NCBI GenBank assembly: GCA_965200245.1
Contig: CBDATS010000015.1
Coordinates: 32,001 to 96,000 of the forward strand
Direction: 5' to 3'
Source: a bacterium
GTDB lineage: Bacteria > UBA8248
DNA length: 64,000 nt
The notes under the pieces are model-generated. The model saw only the letters and a program-made list of their open reading frames with translations, made no database searches and was not told the origin of the DNA. Below are positions 40,587-50,765 of this stretch, piece by piece; the stretch's first letter is position 1; each line of letters opens with the position of its first letter. Position numbers and translations under genes: made by a program.

Positions 40587-41381
40587 ATGAAAATGGACCT
40601 TGGATTGACGGGAAAAATCGCCATCGTAACAGGCGCAAGCCGGGGCATCGGCCGCGAATGCGCGATCGCGCTTGCGAGAGAGGGTGCCCGCGTGTGCGCC
40701 GCGGGGCGGGATGAGACGCTTCTGGCCGAGGTGGTGGAAGCGGTGAACGCCGCAGGAGGAGAAGGCATGTCCGTCTCCTCTGACCTGACTTCGCTCGATG
40801 GATGCAGGAAGGTGGTCGATGAGTGCGTCGCGAACTTCGGTGGCGTGGACATCCTCATCAACAGTGCGGGTGCGGCGAGGGGCGGAGATATCCTGACGCT
40901 CGACGCGGAGTGGATTACCGAGGCGCTCGCTCTCAAGACATATGGATATCTACGTCTCTCCCAGTTGGTGATTCCTCACATGAGGGAGAACGGCTGGGGC
41001 CGCATCGTGAACATCGCGGGTGGGGCGGGCGCGAGTCCCGCACGTGGGAACATACCAACCAGTGCGGCGAATATCACCGTTCTCAACAACACGAGAGCTC
41101 TCTCCGACGCCGTGGCAGGTGAGGGAATTCAGGTGAATACAATCTGTCCGGGTATGACGAACACACAGCGCGCGCGTGACCTTATGCAGGGGCCTGCAGA
41201 CAAAGCGGGCAAGGATGTGGAGGAATTTTTGAAAGAAGTCGGTGCGAGAACACCTGCAGGGAGAATCGCCGAGCCCGAGGAGGTGGCGAACGTCGCCACG
41301 TTCCTGGCTTCCGCTGCGTGTTCTTACCTGAATGGGAGTTCCCTTTATATGGATGGCGGCAGCCGCAGGGCAACGCCCTAG
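40587..41381 (+). CDS. SDR-family oxidoreductase (atypical active site)
   Basis: TGASRGIG, NSAG, VNTICPG, DGG; no YxxxK. Confidence 0.88.
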   Translation: MKMDLGLTGKIAIVTGASRGIGRECAIALAREGARVCAAGRDETLLAEVVEAVNAAGGEGMSVSSDLTSLDGCRKVVDECVANFGGVDILINSAGAARGGDILTLDAEWITEALALKTYGYLRLSQLVIPHMRENGWGRIVNIAGGAGASPARGNIPTSAANITVLNNTRALSDAVAGEGIQVNTICPGMTNTQRARDLMQGPADKAGKDVEEFLKEVGARTPAGRIAEPEEVANVATFLASAACSYLNGSSLYMDGGSRRATP

Positions 41382-41401
41382 GCGAGGCCGAACCCGATTT
41401 T

Positions 41402-41436
41402 TCCTCCGGGCGGTGCGGATCGCCCGGAGGATTTTT
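41402..41436 (+). terminator. Putative intrinsic terminator
   Basis: TCCTCCGGGCG / CGCCCGGAGGA stem followed by TTTTT. Confidence 0.55.
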
Positions 41437-41464
41437 CTTCCGTATTCTAAGAATGAGAGGAAAG

Positions 41465-42538
41465 ATGGCGAAACTTTTCGATTCGTTTTCCCTGCGGGGC
41501 GTCACGCTCAGAAACAGGATTTGCGTGTCTCCGATGTGTCAATACAGTGCGGAAAACGGCAAGCTCACCGACTGGCACCTGGTGCACCTGGGGGCTCGTG
41601 CTGTCGGTGGCGCGGGTCTCGTGATGGTCGAGATGACGAACGTGGAGGCCCGTGGGCGCATCACGCGCGGGTGTTCGGGCATCTGGTCGGATGAGCACGT
41701 CGAGCCACTGGCCAGGATCGCTCGTTTCGTCTCTGGTCAGGGGGCTGTCGCCGGGATCCAGATAGGACATGCAGGCCGCAAGGGTAGTTGCGCGCCCACA
41801 TGGGAGGGCGGGGGGCACCTCTCCGACGAGGAGGATGGCTGGGAGATCGTGGCTCCAAGCGCGATTCCGTTTCATGACAATGCGCGCGTTCCCAAGGCGT
41901 TGAGCGTCAAGGAGATAGCCGTGATTCAGGAGGCGTTCCGCCAGGGTGTGAGAAGAGTCGACGAGGCGGGTTTCGATTGGCTCGAAATCCATGGTGCACA
42001 CGGATATCTCTTCCACAGCTTTCACTCTCCGGTTTCGAATCAAAGGGAAGACAATTACGGAGGGAGCTTTGAGAACCGAATCCGCTTCACGGTGGAGACT
42101 GTCCGAATCGCAAGAGAGCAATGGCCGGAACACAAGCCGCTCGCCATACGCCTCTCGTGTACCGACTACTATGAGGGTGGCTGGATGTTGGATGAAACGA
42201 TAGAACTCGCCAGTATCCTCAAAACCGAAGGAGTAGACCTCATCGATTGTAGCGGGGGTGGAGGAACGCCGCTAGCGAAGATTCCCGTAGGGCCGGGCTA
42301 TCAGGTTCCGCTCTCCCGGGCTGTGCGAGCAGGAGCCGAAATTCCTACCGCCACGGTAGGGATGATCACCCAGGCCTGGCAGGCGGATCAGATAGTCCGA
42401 AACGGCGAGAGCGACCTCGTCTTCATGGCACGCGAAATGCTGCGCGAGCCTTATTGGCCACAGAAAGCGGCCTCTGCGCTCGGCGTGATGGATGAGGCTT
42501 ACGTCTCCGACCAGTACCACCGAGCCCACGGGAGATGA
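41465..42538 (+). CDS. NADH:flavin oxidoreductase (Old Yellow Enzyme, YqjM/NamA-like)
   Basis: SPMCQYSA, HAGRK, HGAHGYL, YGGSFENR, GYQVP; ATG 41465. Confidence 0.92.
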   Translation: MAKLFDSFSLRGVTLRNRICVSPMCQYSAENGKLTDWHLVHLGARAVGGAGLVMVEMTNVEARGRITRGCSGIWSDEHVEPLARIARFVSGQGAVAGIQIGHAGRKGSCAPTWEGGGHLSDEEDGWEIVAPSAIPFHDNARVPKALSVKEIAVIQEAFRQGVRRVDEAGFDWLEIHGAHGYLFHSFHSPVSNQREDNYGGSFENRIRFTVETVRIAREQWPEHKPLAIRLSCTDYYEGGWMLDETIELASILKTEGVDLIDCSGGGGTPLAKIPVGPGYQVPLSRAVRAGAEIPTATVGMITQAWQADQIVRNGESDLVFMAREMLREPYWPQKAASALGVMDEAYVSDQYHRAHGR

Positions 42539-42611
42539 CCTATGGGCCGCCGATCACCGGGTTTCGGGTGTTCTTGTGCCCTTTGGCCTTGCAGCTTCTC
42601 CCGCCAAAATA

Positions 42612-42641
42612 TTGACAAGGCTTTATGGGCCGTGTTGTAAT
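42612..42641 (+). promoter_or_regulatory. Candidate sigma70 promoter of the ABC operon
   Basis: TTGACA, 18 bp spacer, TGTAAT, about 60 bp upstream of the binding-protein gene. Confidence 0.45.
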
Positions 42642-42699
42642 CTCCGGACTGCCAAACAACTGAATAAATTGAGTTCACATCCACAAGGGAGAAAAGCCG

Positions 42700-43884
42700 A
42701 TGAACCGATGTTTTTCACGCTTTCTGAGACGGTCCACTTTCTGGTTTGCGCTCGTTGTAGCGATGGGTTTGATAGGCGGTCCTCTCGTCGGTGACGCGCG
42801 AGCGCAGAAGAAAAAGCCGCTTCGCTTCGGTGTCGCCGATCCCCTGACCGGGCCTGCCGCGATTTTCGGCAAGGACCAGATGCAGGCGGTCCGCTGGGCG
42901 GTCGAGGACATTAACGCAAAAGGCGGCGTGAACGGCCATCCTCTCGAAGCCATCATACTGGATCATCAAGCGAAACCCGAGGTTGGCATCGCGGTGGTCA
43001 ACCGCTTCGTCCACGTGGAGAAGGTGCCCGTGTTTATCACCGCGTTCAGCAACGTAGTCAAGGCAGTCGCGCCCATCGCCAACCGTGAGAAGGTGCTGAT
43101 GTTGAGCGTGGGCGCAAACGCGCCAGCCATTGCACGGCTGGGTGATTACGTCTATACGACTTTTCCGCTGGCGGATGTGGACATGAACGCCCTGGGCAAA
43201 TACGCCTATGAGAAGATGGGCAAGCGCCGCGCTGCTGTCTTGCACGTGAACCACGAAACAGGCAGGGACGGGGCCAAAGTCTTCAGCAACAGTTTCAAGA
43301 AAGCCGGCGGAAAAATAGTCGTTTATGAGTCCTACGAACAGGAGCGTTCGGACTTCACAGGTCTGGTGCTCAAGGTGAAAGCGGCGAATCCCGACATCAT
43401 CCACATCCACAGCGTGATCCGCGATTTCACGGCCGTTGTCGCGCAGATGCGCCAGCTCGGTGTGAAGGCCCAGATTACCAGCTACCAGACGGCTTTCAAC
43501 CCCAAGATGATCCAGCAGTTGGGCAAGGGTGCAGAAGGCATTATCGTGACTGCACTGGCTCCCAGCGTGGAGGACAACAAGAACTTGCCCGCCTATCTCG
43601 AGCGGTGGAAAAAGGCGTATAAGCGTACACCCATCGGACTGCCCTATACGCAGTACTTCTACGATGCGCCTTACATCGTGGCAGCGCTCTATAAATGGGT
43701 ACTGGACAAGAAGCTACCGATCACTGGCGAGAACATGCGCAAGGCGCTGGTGGCAATAAAGACGTTCGAGCAACCCTTGACCAACACAGTCACTATCAAC
43801 GACGACCACACGGTCAAGAAGCCGGTCTATTTCTGGCAGGTCAAAGGCGGTAAATTTACGCTTATCGGTTCCCGGAAGGATTGA
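42700..43884 (+). CDS. Branched-chain amino acid-type ABC substrate-binding protein
   Basis: Signal peptide (ARA), PLTGPAA.FG, INAKGGVNG. Confidence 0.9.
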   Translation: MNRCFSRFLRRSTFWFALVVAMGLIGGPLVGDARAQKKKPLRFGVADPLTGPAAIFGKDQMQAVRWAVEDINAKGGVNGHPLEAIILDHQAKPEVGIAVVNRFVHVEKVPVFITAFSNVVKAVAPIANREKVLMLSVGANAPAIARLGDYVYTTFPLADVDMNALGKYAYEKMGKRRAAVLHVNHETGRDGAKVFSNSFKKAGGKIVVYESYEQERSDFTGLVLKVKAANPDIIHIHSVIRDFTAVVAQMRQLGVKAQITSYQTAFNPKMIQQLGKGAEGIIVTALAPSVEDNKNLPAYLERWKKAYKRTPIGLPYTQYFYDAPYIVAALYKWVLDKKLPITGENMRKALVAIKTFEQPLTNTVTINDDHTVKKPVYFWQVKGGKFTLIGSRKD

Positions 43885-43902
43885 GCCCGTATATTCTCTC
43901 TG

Positions 43903-43930
43903 GGTGGGCGCACCTGTCGGCGCGCCCACC
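43903..43930 (+). other. Intercistronic hairpin after the binding-protein gene
   Basis: GGTGGGCGC / GCGCCCACC 9-bp stem. Confidence 0.45.
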
Positions 43931-43958
43931 GGGATTTTACCGTGTGTGATGTCAAGCC

Positions 43959-44906
43959 ATGCTGACATGGGGGATTTTGGGGCAACTCCTGTGGACCGGG
44001 TTCGCCGCCGCGACCTATTACTGTCTTTTTGCAGTCGCTTTCTCGCTTGTTCTCAAGGTCAACAAGATTTGGAACTTCGCCCAGGCCGGAGTGATGGTGT
44101 TCGCCTATTACTCCTTGCTCGTGGCGTTCCGGTATTGGGATCTCGCGCTGGTTCCCGCACTGGTCTTCGGGTTACTGATAACACTTGGTGTCTCGCTCGC
44201 TCTTGAGCGCTACGCCTTCATGGTGTTCCGTGATCGCAACTCCTCGATTCTGACTCTGTTCATCTTCACGATTGTCTTTTCGGAGTTCTCGGTCTACCTC
44301 ACCGAACTCATATTCGGGACTGAACCCCAGACGCTCTACCCGAGCCTTTTGTGGCCCGTCGACTTATACGCAGGCATTGCGATCAGCCAGTGGGACCTCA
44401 TGGCGATTGCTGTGACGGTGGTGCTGATGCTGCTCCTCTATTTGTTTATCCACCAGAGTCGCTACGGCCAGTATCTGATCGCCGTCGCCGATAACGAGGA
44501 TCTGGCCGAAATATACGGAATCAGCCGAAAGCGCGCCTACGGTATTTCAATCTCTATCGCCGCGGTGCTCATCACGGCGGGCATGTATCTATTTGGGACA
44601 AAGGCGGCATTGTTTCCCTCAACACCTCTGCAGCATTTACTGATATTCGCCGTCATCGCGACGATTCTGGCCGGGATTGGCAACATCTTTCGTGCCGGAA
44701 TCGCTGCAGTTGCGCTGAGTCTCATACAGGCCTTCAGCATTCTCGTCATCGCTTCCAAATGGCAGGCACTGCTCGCTTATATTCTGATATTCGTCGCCAT
44801 CATATTCTTTCCGCGCGGGTTCTCCCTGCCACGCCGGCTGCGCGGGTTGGAGCGAGCCTCAGGACGTTCCACAGCCGTGGCGGTGGCCGACTCATCAGGA
44901 GACTGA
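43959..44906 (+). CDS. ABC permease, LivH-like
   Basis: NFAQA, AVADN..LAEIYGI, multiple TM. Confidence 0.88.
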   Translation: MLTWGILGQLLWTGFAAATYYCLFAVAFSLVLKVNKIWNFAQAGVMVFAYYSLLVAFRYWDLALVPALVFGLLITLGVSLALERYAFMVFRDRNSSILTLFIFTIVFSEFSVYLTELIFGTEPQTLYPSLLWPVDLYAGIAISQWDLMAIAVTVVLMLLLYLFIHQSRYGQYLIAVADNEDLAEIYGISRKRAYGISISIAAVLITAGMYLFGTKAALFPSTPLQHLLIFAVIATILAGIGNIFRAGIAAVALSLIQAFSILVIASKWQALLAYILIFVAIIFFPRGFSLPRRLRGLERASGRSTAVAVADSSGD

Positions 44907-44913
44907 GCCAGAA

Positions 44914-45828
44914 ATGGAATACATCCTGACAGTGATGGTGCTCATTGGGATCAACGTGATCCTCGCCACGAGTTTCAACCTCATTCTGGGGTACGGTGGG
45001 CTGATGAGCGTCGCCCATCCGATCTTCTACGCCATCGGGGCCTATGGCTCCGGCCTGCTGGCGATTCACCTGCAGATTCCAGTTCCTCTCTCGATCCTGA
45101 TAGGATCAGTAGTCGCGATGGTGCTCTCGTTCGGTGTGTCTCTGCCCTCGCTTCGTGTGTCGGGTGATTACCTCGTCATCGCCAGCATCGGGTTTCAGTT
45201 GGGTATCCTGCACGTTATCAACAACCTGGATTTCACCGGCGCAGCCGGCGGACTCACTAACATTCCGGTGCTGAACGAAGGCCCGTCGCGAAGCCTCGTG
45301 TTCGTCCTGCTCATTGCGGTTGTCGCCGCCGGCGCGGTTCTGCTGGTGGGCTGGATCGTCGAAGGCGATTACGGGCGAGCCATCACCGCCATGCGTAACG
45401 ACGAGGAAGCTTTCAGTGCATTGGGCCGTAACGCGATGAACATCAAGATCGTCCTTTTCGCCATCGGTTCGGGCATGGCCGGCTTGGCGGGCGCACTCTA
45501 TGCACATTACTTCGCCTACGTCACGCCTGAGCAGTTTGGCATATTCACCTCCGCTGCCCTGTTGACAATGGTGGTCGTGGGCGGCGCCGCCACGACCTGG
45601 GGGCCTCTGGTGGGTGCGGTGCTCCTGACAACCCTTCCACAGGCCATCACGTTTCTCGGCTTGCCCGTCTCCATCATGGCGCCGCTTCAAGGTGTTATCT
45701 ATACGACGCTCGTCATATTCTTCCTCTTCGCACGCCCCCAGGGCCTGACGGGAGGCAGCCGCGGCGGCGGCGGGCTCGAGGCCTGGAGCGCGAGTACGAC
45801 TTTCAGGGGGAGGGGGGATACGGAATGA
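44914..45828 (+). CDS. ABC permease, LivM-like
   Basis: NLILGYGG, LRVSGDYL, AMRNDE, MVVVGG, RPQGL. Confidence 0.9.
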   Translation: MEYILTVMVLIGINVILATSFNLILGYGGLMSVAHPIFYAIGAYGSGLLAIHLQIPVPLSILIGSVVAMVLSFGVSLPSLRVSGDYLVIASIGFQLGILHVINNLDFTGAAGGLTNIPVLNEGPSRSLVFVLLIAVVAAGAVLLVGWIVEGDYGRAITAMRNDEEAFSALGRNAMNIKIVLFAIGSGMAGLAGALYAHYFAYVTPEQFGIFTSAALLTMVVVGGAATTWGPLVGAVLLTTLPQAITFLGLPVSIMAPLQGVIYTTLVIFFLFARPQGLTGGSRGGGGLEAWSASTTFRGRGDTE

Positions 45829-46595
45829 GTCAGATCGTCCAGATGAAAGGACTGCACAAGAGTTTTGGCGGAATCGTGGTGGCGGATGATGTCAACCTGG
45901 ATTTCGAGGCAGGTGAGATCATCGGCCTCATTGGTCCCAACGGGGCGGGCAAGACGTCTTTGTTCAATCTGATCTCAGGCGTGATTCCCCCCGATGCAGG
46001 TTCGATCATTCTGGAGGGCCATCGCGTGGATCAACTGCCCATGCACCACCGCGCACGGATCGGTTTGGCCAGGACATGGCAGAACACCCGCATGTTTCAC
46101 TCGATGTCCGTGATCGATAACCTGCTGATAGCGACGCGGCGCTACCCGGGAGAGTCACTGGCGCGCATTCTTTTTCGTCGCCGCTCGATCAACGCCTTCC
46201 GCCGGGAAGCAACGAAAAAAGCCATGGCGCTTCTCGAACGAGTGGGACTCGCCGACAAGATGCACGAGATGGCGATAGAACTCTCCTACGGCCAGCAGAA
46301 GCGGATTGGACTCGCCCGTGCGTTGATGAGCGACGCGGCGTGCCTGTTGCTGGATGAACCCATGGCGGGCGTGGAAGGACAGGCGTACGAAACGATCATT
46401 CGCGTTATCCGCGAAGAGGCCCAGGCCGGGCGTGCCGTCTGTGTTGTGGAGCACAACATTTCATTCATCCGCGACATCAGCGATCGCACGGTTTTCATGT
46501 TCAACGGATGTGTTCTGGCCAGCGGATCCGTCGATGAACTCACACGCGATACGCAACTTACGCACCTGTATTTTGGCGGCGAACACCCGCACTGA
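45825..46595 (+). CDS. ABC ATPase, LivG-like
   Basis: GPNGAGKT, LSYGQ, LLLDEP, VEH. Confidence 0.92.
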   Translation: MSQIVQMKGLHKSFGGIVVADDVNLDFEAGEIIGLIGPNGAGKTSLFNLISGVIPPDAGSIILEGHRVDQLPMHHRARIGLARTWQNTRMFHSMSVIDNLLIATRRYPGESLARILFRRRSINAFRREATKKAMALLERVGLADKMHEMAIELSYGQQKRIGLARALMSDAACLLLDEPMAGVEGQAYETIIRVIREEAQAGRAVCVVEHNISFIRDISDRTVFMFNGCVLASGSVDELTRDTQLTHLYFGGEHPH

Positions 46596-46608
46596 TCAAG
46601 AGAGAAAG

Positions 46609-47292
46609 ATGTTCGAAGTCCAAAACCTCACGGCCCGCTACGGGCCACTTATCGCCGTGAACGACGTGTCGCTGTCTTTCGATACAGGTGTGCGGATGGG
46701 AATTTTCGGTCACAACGGCTCAGGCAAGTCGACGTTTCTCAAGTGTCTGGTGGGTGGCGTCAGGGATATTTCCGGTGCCGTGGCTTTCGATGGTTCGCCC
46801 ATCGTGCCGGATCAGGTTCACCGCAACGTCATGCTGGGAATCGGCTTCGTGCCGCAGGTCCAGAACGTCTTTCCAAACCTCACGGTTGAACAGAACCTCC
46901 ACATCGCCGGCTCGAAATCCGACCTCTCGTTTCTCAAAGAGGCTTATGCCCTTTTCCCCTTGCTGGAAGAACGCCAGAACCAGCTTGCAGGAGACATGAG
47001 CGGTGGAGAGCAGCAGATGCTCGCGGTTGCACTGGCCTTGATGACGAGGCCGCAAGTCCTCCTGCTCGACGAACCGACTGCCGGTCTTGCTCCAGCAATC
47101 GTGAAAAACGTGCTGAACTCGCTCTCGCGTATCAACTCAGAGCTCGGCACAGGGCTGATCCTCGTCGAGCAGAACGTGCTCGCCGCCCTGGATGTCGTCG
47201 AGCGCGCAATCGTGCTCAAAGGCGGACGCGTGGTGTTCGACGGTGCGAGCGAAGAACTCCGCGCAAAGGAAGATTTGTGGGCTTGGTTCTGA
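46609..47292 (+). CDS. ABC ATPase, LivF-like
   Basis: GHNGSGKS, MSGGEQQM, LLDEP, VEQN; ATG 46609. Confidence 0.92.
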   Translation: MFEVQNLTARYGPLIAVNDVSLSFDTGVRMGIFGHNGSGKSTFLKCLVGGVRDISGAVAFDGSPIVPDQVHRNVMLGIGFVPQVQNVFPNLTVEQNLHIAGSKSDLSFLKEAYALFPLLEERQNQLAGDMSGGEQQMLAVALALMTRPQVLLLDEPTAGLAPAIVKNVLNSLSRINSELGTGLILVEQNVLAALDVVERAIVLKGGRVVFDGASEELRAKEDLWAWF

Positions 47293-47313
47293 CCCTGTAA
47301 ATCGTCGGCGCGA

Positions 47314-48683
47314 CTATTTCACCCCGACGGCATCGATCTGCACAAGCGCTTCCGCCACTGGTCCGGGGCCGTGCACGATCACGCATTCGAATGCAGGCAA
47401 GTCCTCGTTGATGAAGGTCTCGCGTACCGCCTCGTAGACTGCAAGGTCCGCTGGATTGGAGAGATACACCCTGGTCATAGCGATGTCCGCCAGTTCCATT
47501 CCTGCCCCTGCCGCGCTGGCGCGCAACTGTTTCCACGCCATCCAGCATTGCGCGGCGATGCCCGGTTGCCGTTCCACTTCTTCAAGTGCAAGCACGGTGC
47601 GGTGCCCTGTCTCCGGAAGGGAATCTGCACCCCGGACGAGTGTTCCTGCCTCGTCGACGCCCACCATACCCGAGAAGAAACAGATCGGTCCCGCTTGCGT
47701 GACGGAGGGAGACGCAAAGGGCGCTGTCCCCGGCCAGGGGTACGATTGGCGAGTGAGTCCACTGCGTCTGTCCATAGCGGTTATTTCGATCTCGATGCGC
47801 GTGCCTCGGTGGCCCACTTCGTCGAATCCCACAACGCAAAGCGATGGCTGGGTGTCAGGGAAGAAATGGGTGTGCACCCGATGGAAAGTCGAGAAATCAC
47901 GTATGTCGCCCAGGAAAATACTCACGTTCACGACGTCTTCCATATCCATGCCGTGGCCCGTGAGTGTGCGGCGCAATTCGTTGTATACATACCAGGTTTG
48001 GGATGCGATAGGGCCGTGCCGGCTGTCGGGATGGCTGCGTCCCGTCGAGAGGAAACGACCCTCCTCTGGCACGTCGTCATAAGAGTTGACCAGCGGTTTG
48101 CCGGGTTCTGCTGTCTTGATCGGAATGTGACCGGCAAAAAAGCGAAAGGGCCGGAGCGTATGGCCTGGCAGTAGTGTGAAGCCGCGGGAAGGTCCGGGTT
48201 GTAGACGTCGGTCATGACTTGTCGTTCGCCGAACACACCGCCGGCTTGTGTGCATGCAGCGATGGCGTCGACCCCGATCCAGTGCCTGCCGCATCCGACG
48301 ACATCCGTTATGCCCAGTCCACTGCTTGGAGCAGGCGTGGGTTGCCAATGCACCCGGACGTGTTCGTAGCTGGGGAAATAACGCTTGTCGCGCTGCCAGA
48401 TATGCTGGCGCAGCACCTGGTCGCGATTCGTGCCCGCTGCGACAAGGATTTTCTCTAGGCTGTCGTGAACCGCCCAGGAATCGGCGACAACCCTCTCTTC
48501 GGTGAGGTCGGCAAGTGGATAGCCCTGCATCTGCCCGCGTCCTTCCTCGGGCAGGTCCGCGAAACCCGCAGGGCCGGCTGGTCTCAATCCGGAGACGAAT
48601 AAAAGTTCGCCAGCCCTGACCGCTACCGGATAGGGTGGGAAAGCAGGGGCGACATCCTCGCAAACGATCGGGGTTTTCTTCAT
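47314..48683 (-). pseudogene. Triple-domain Rid (RidA/YjgF) family protein with one frameshift
   Basis: Three Rid-like units begin YPVAVRAGELLFVSG, YCQAIRSGPFAF/FAGHIP and SPSVTQAGPICFFSG; ends VQIDAV; frame switches at an A6 run (48136-48141). Confidence 0.75.
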
Positions 48684-48764
48684 CGCTCGATCAACCTCCG
48701 TGGGTTGGCATATCCAGGCGCCTCGTGCGGGGTAGGGAGGAAATCTCCCGGCGGTTGCATTTGT

Positions 48765-49526
48765 CTACATCGCCAAGGTGCCGCCATCGCACGATATAAA
48801 GGCTCCGTTCATGAAATCGTTCTCGTCCGAGACCATAAAGAGCGATACCTCAGCCATCTCTTCTGGGCTTGCAAATCGATTCACGGGTATGCGGGGGAGC
48901 TTCGCTTGTGCGCGTTCGGGATTGTCGATGTGAATCTGCTTTACGCGCTCGCTTTCAGTGGTTCCCGGCATGAGGCAATTCACGCGCAACCCCAGGGGGC
49001 CGAGTTCCACTGCGAGGGCGCGTGTCAAATTGTGCATGGAAGTCTTGGTCGCGCAGTAGAGTGCATTGCCGGGCACGCCGCGCTCGCCGTCGATGGACCC
49101 GATCATGAGAACCTTGCCCTTGCCCTGGGGTGCCATGAGCTTGGCCGCCTCGCGTGTGGCGATGAAAACGGATTTTGCGTTCACCTCGTAGAGCTCGTCA
49201 ATTTCCTCATCCGTAAACTCGAGAAAACTCCTGTGGGCCCGCATGGCGGCGCAGTTTACCATGATGTCGAGACCGCCCAGGAATCGCGCGCCGTCGCTCA
49301 TGATCTCGTTTGCCTTTCGCGCGTCTCTTAAGTCGTAACATCGCCCGTCGATCTTCGTGTTCGCCGCGCCACAATCGGCGATGACTTTGTCCAGACGCTC
49401 CTGATTGAAGCCGCCCGCAGCCCAGATAGCTGCGCCCTCCTCGCTGAACTTGCGCGCAATGGCCGCCCCGATACCCGATGAGGCACCGGTAACGATGACT
49501 CTTTTCCCTGCCAGCTTGCCCTGCAT
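48765..49526 (-). CDS. SDR-family oxidoreductase
   Basis: TGASSGIG, YCATK, VNCLMPG, DGG. Confidence 0.92.
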   Translation of the reverse strand: MQGKLAGKRVIVTGASSGIGAAIARKFSEEGAAIWAAGGFNQERLDKVIADCGAANTKIDGRCYDLRDARKANEIMSDGARFLGGLDIMVNCAAMRAHRSFLEFTDEEIDELYEVNAKSVFIATREAAKLMAPQGKGKVLMIGSIDGERGVPGNALYCATKTSMHNLTRALAVELGPLGLRVNCLMPGTTESERVKQIHIDNPERAQAKLPRIPVNRFASPEEMAEVSLFMVSDENDFMNGAFISCDGGTLAM

Positions 49527-49547
49527 ATCTTCTCCTTAAGGTGAAAA

Positions 49548-50432
49548 CTATTCTTCATCGGGCAGTAATGCGGATTCTCCCATCGAGAGCGGGTCGCGCG
49601 TCGGCCAGCGACCGGCGTCCACCTCGGTGATGAATTCGAGAACGACGCGATTGAACATAGCGGGTTCTTCGAGATTGATGAGGTGGCCGGCATTCGGGAA
49701 GGTAACGAGAGCGGCCGTCTGGATGTTGCGCTTCATGAACAGCCCGGGTTCCAGACAGGGGTAGTCCTCATCCCCCGTAAGGACGAGCGTCGGCACAGAG
49801 CATTTCTCCATCTGCTCTCCAAGTTCATAAACCGAGGGTCTTGCACTTTGCACCCCGCGCATCGTGTTGGCGCAGCCCAGAGGAGAGTGGCTCATGAAGT
49901 GGTCGATGAATTTCTGATAGCCGATGGCGTCTTTCCGTTTCAGTTGCATGCGCGTCGGACCGGCGGTGTAGACAGGGCCGAACTTCTCCATCCCATCGTT
50001 CAGAAACCTGTCGGCTACAGCTTCGGCATCTTTCTGGAATCGTTCGCGCTGATCCATGTCGGATCCGTAACCGCATCCGGCCACGACGATGGAGCGGGTG
50101 AGTTCAGGGTGGCGCAGGCCGAGATGCAGGGTCGCATAGCCGCCCATCGAAAGCCCCGCAACGTGGGCGGGCGCGAGATTCAATTCTTGGATCAGGCCTG
50201 CCAGGTCATTCACGGCGATGTTCTGGCTGTATAGGGATGTGTCTTCGGGCACTTCGGAGGGGGGGAACCCTCTCGCGTTGTAAGTGATTACCCGATACCT
50301 GCGATTGAAATAGCGAACCTGATCCTCCCAACTGCGGCAATCGCCCGCGAATTCGTGAACGAACACGATGGGCGTGCCCTCGCCACTGTCTTCGTAGTAC
50401 AGACTGACGCCGTTTGTTCTCACTTCGGGCAT
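49548..50432 (-). CDS. Alpha/beta-fold hydrolase
   Basis: VFVHEF, GLSMGG, GDED, AGH; ATG 50432 after GAGGAG. Confidence 0.9.
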   Translation of the reverse strand: MPEVRTNGVSLYYEDSGEGTPIVFVHEFAGDCRSWEDQVRYFNRRYRVITYNARGFPPSEVPEDTSLYSQNIAVNDLAGLIQELNLAPAHVAGLSMGGYATLHLGLRHPELTRSIVVAGCGYGSDMDQRERFQKDAEAVADRFLNDGMEKFGPVYTAGPTRMQLKRKDAIGYQKFIDHFMSHSPLGCANTMRGVQSARPSVYELGEQMEKCSVPTLVLTGDEDYPCLEPGLFMKRNIQTAALVTFPNAGHLINLEEPAMFNRVVLEFITEVDAGRWPTRDPLSMGESALLPDEE

Positions 50433-50765
50433 GGTGTTCTCCTCGCAAGTTGACGATGGGATATGAAATACGCTTCTTACGGGAGAATCGGCAAAATAAC
50501 AACGCGAAAGAGGGAATTCCCGCATGTTTTCACGTGACCGTGCCCGAATGGCAGGAGTGAATATAGAGTCGGGAAAGATTCGACTCCCGGGGCTGATTTC
50601 CATTCGGGGACTTGCTTTCTATATTTGCTTGGCCCAAGATAAATACGCATCACGACATGGTTTGAGTTTGACGGTAATTTGACTTGGTGCATCACCGCAT
50701 CGCCCATTCATGCATGGAACAAAACTCCAGGAAGCCCTTTAGGTTTGAAAATTGGGGGAAAGAAC

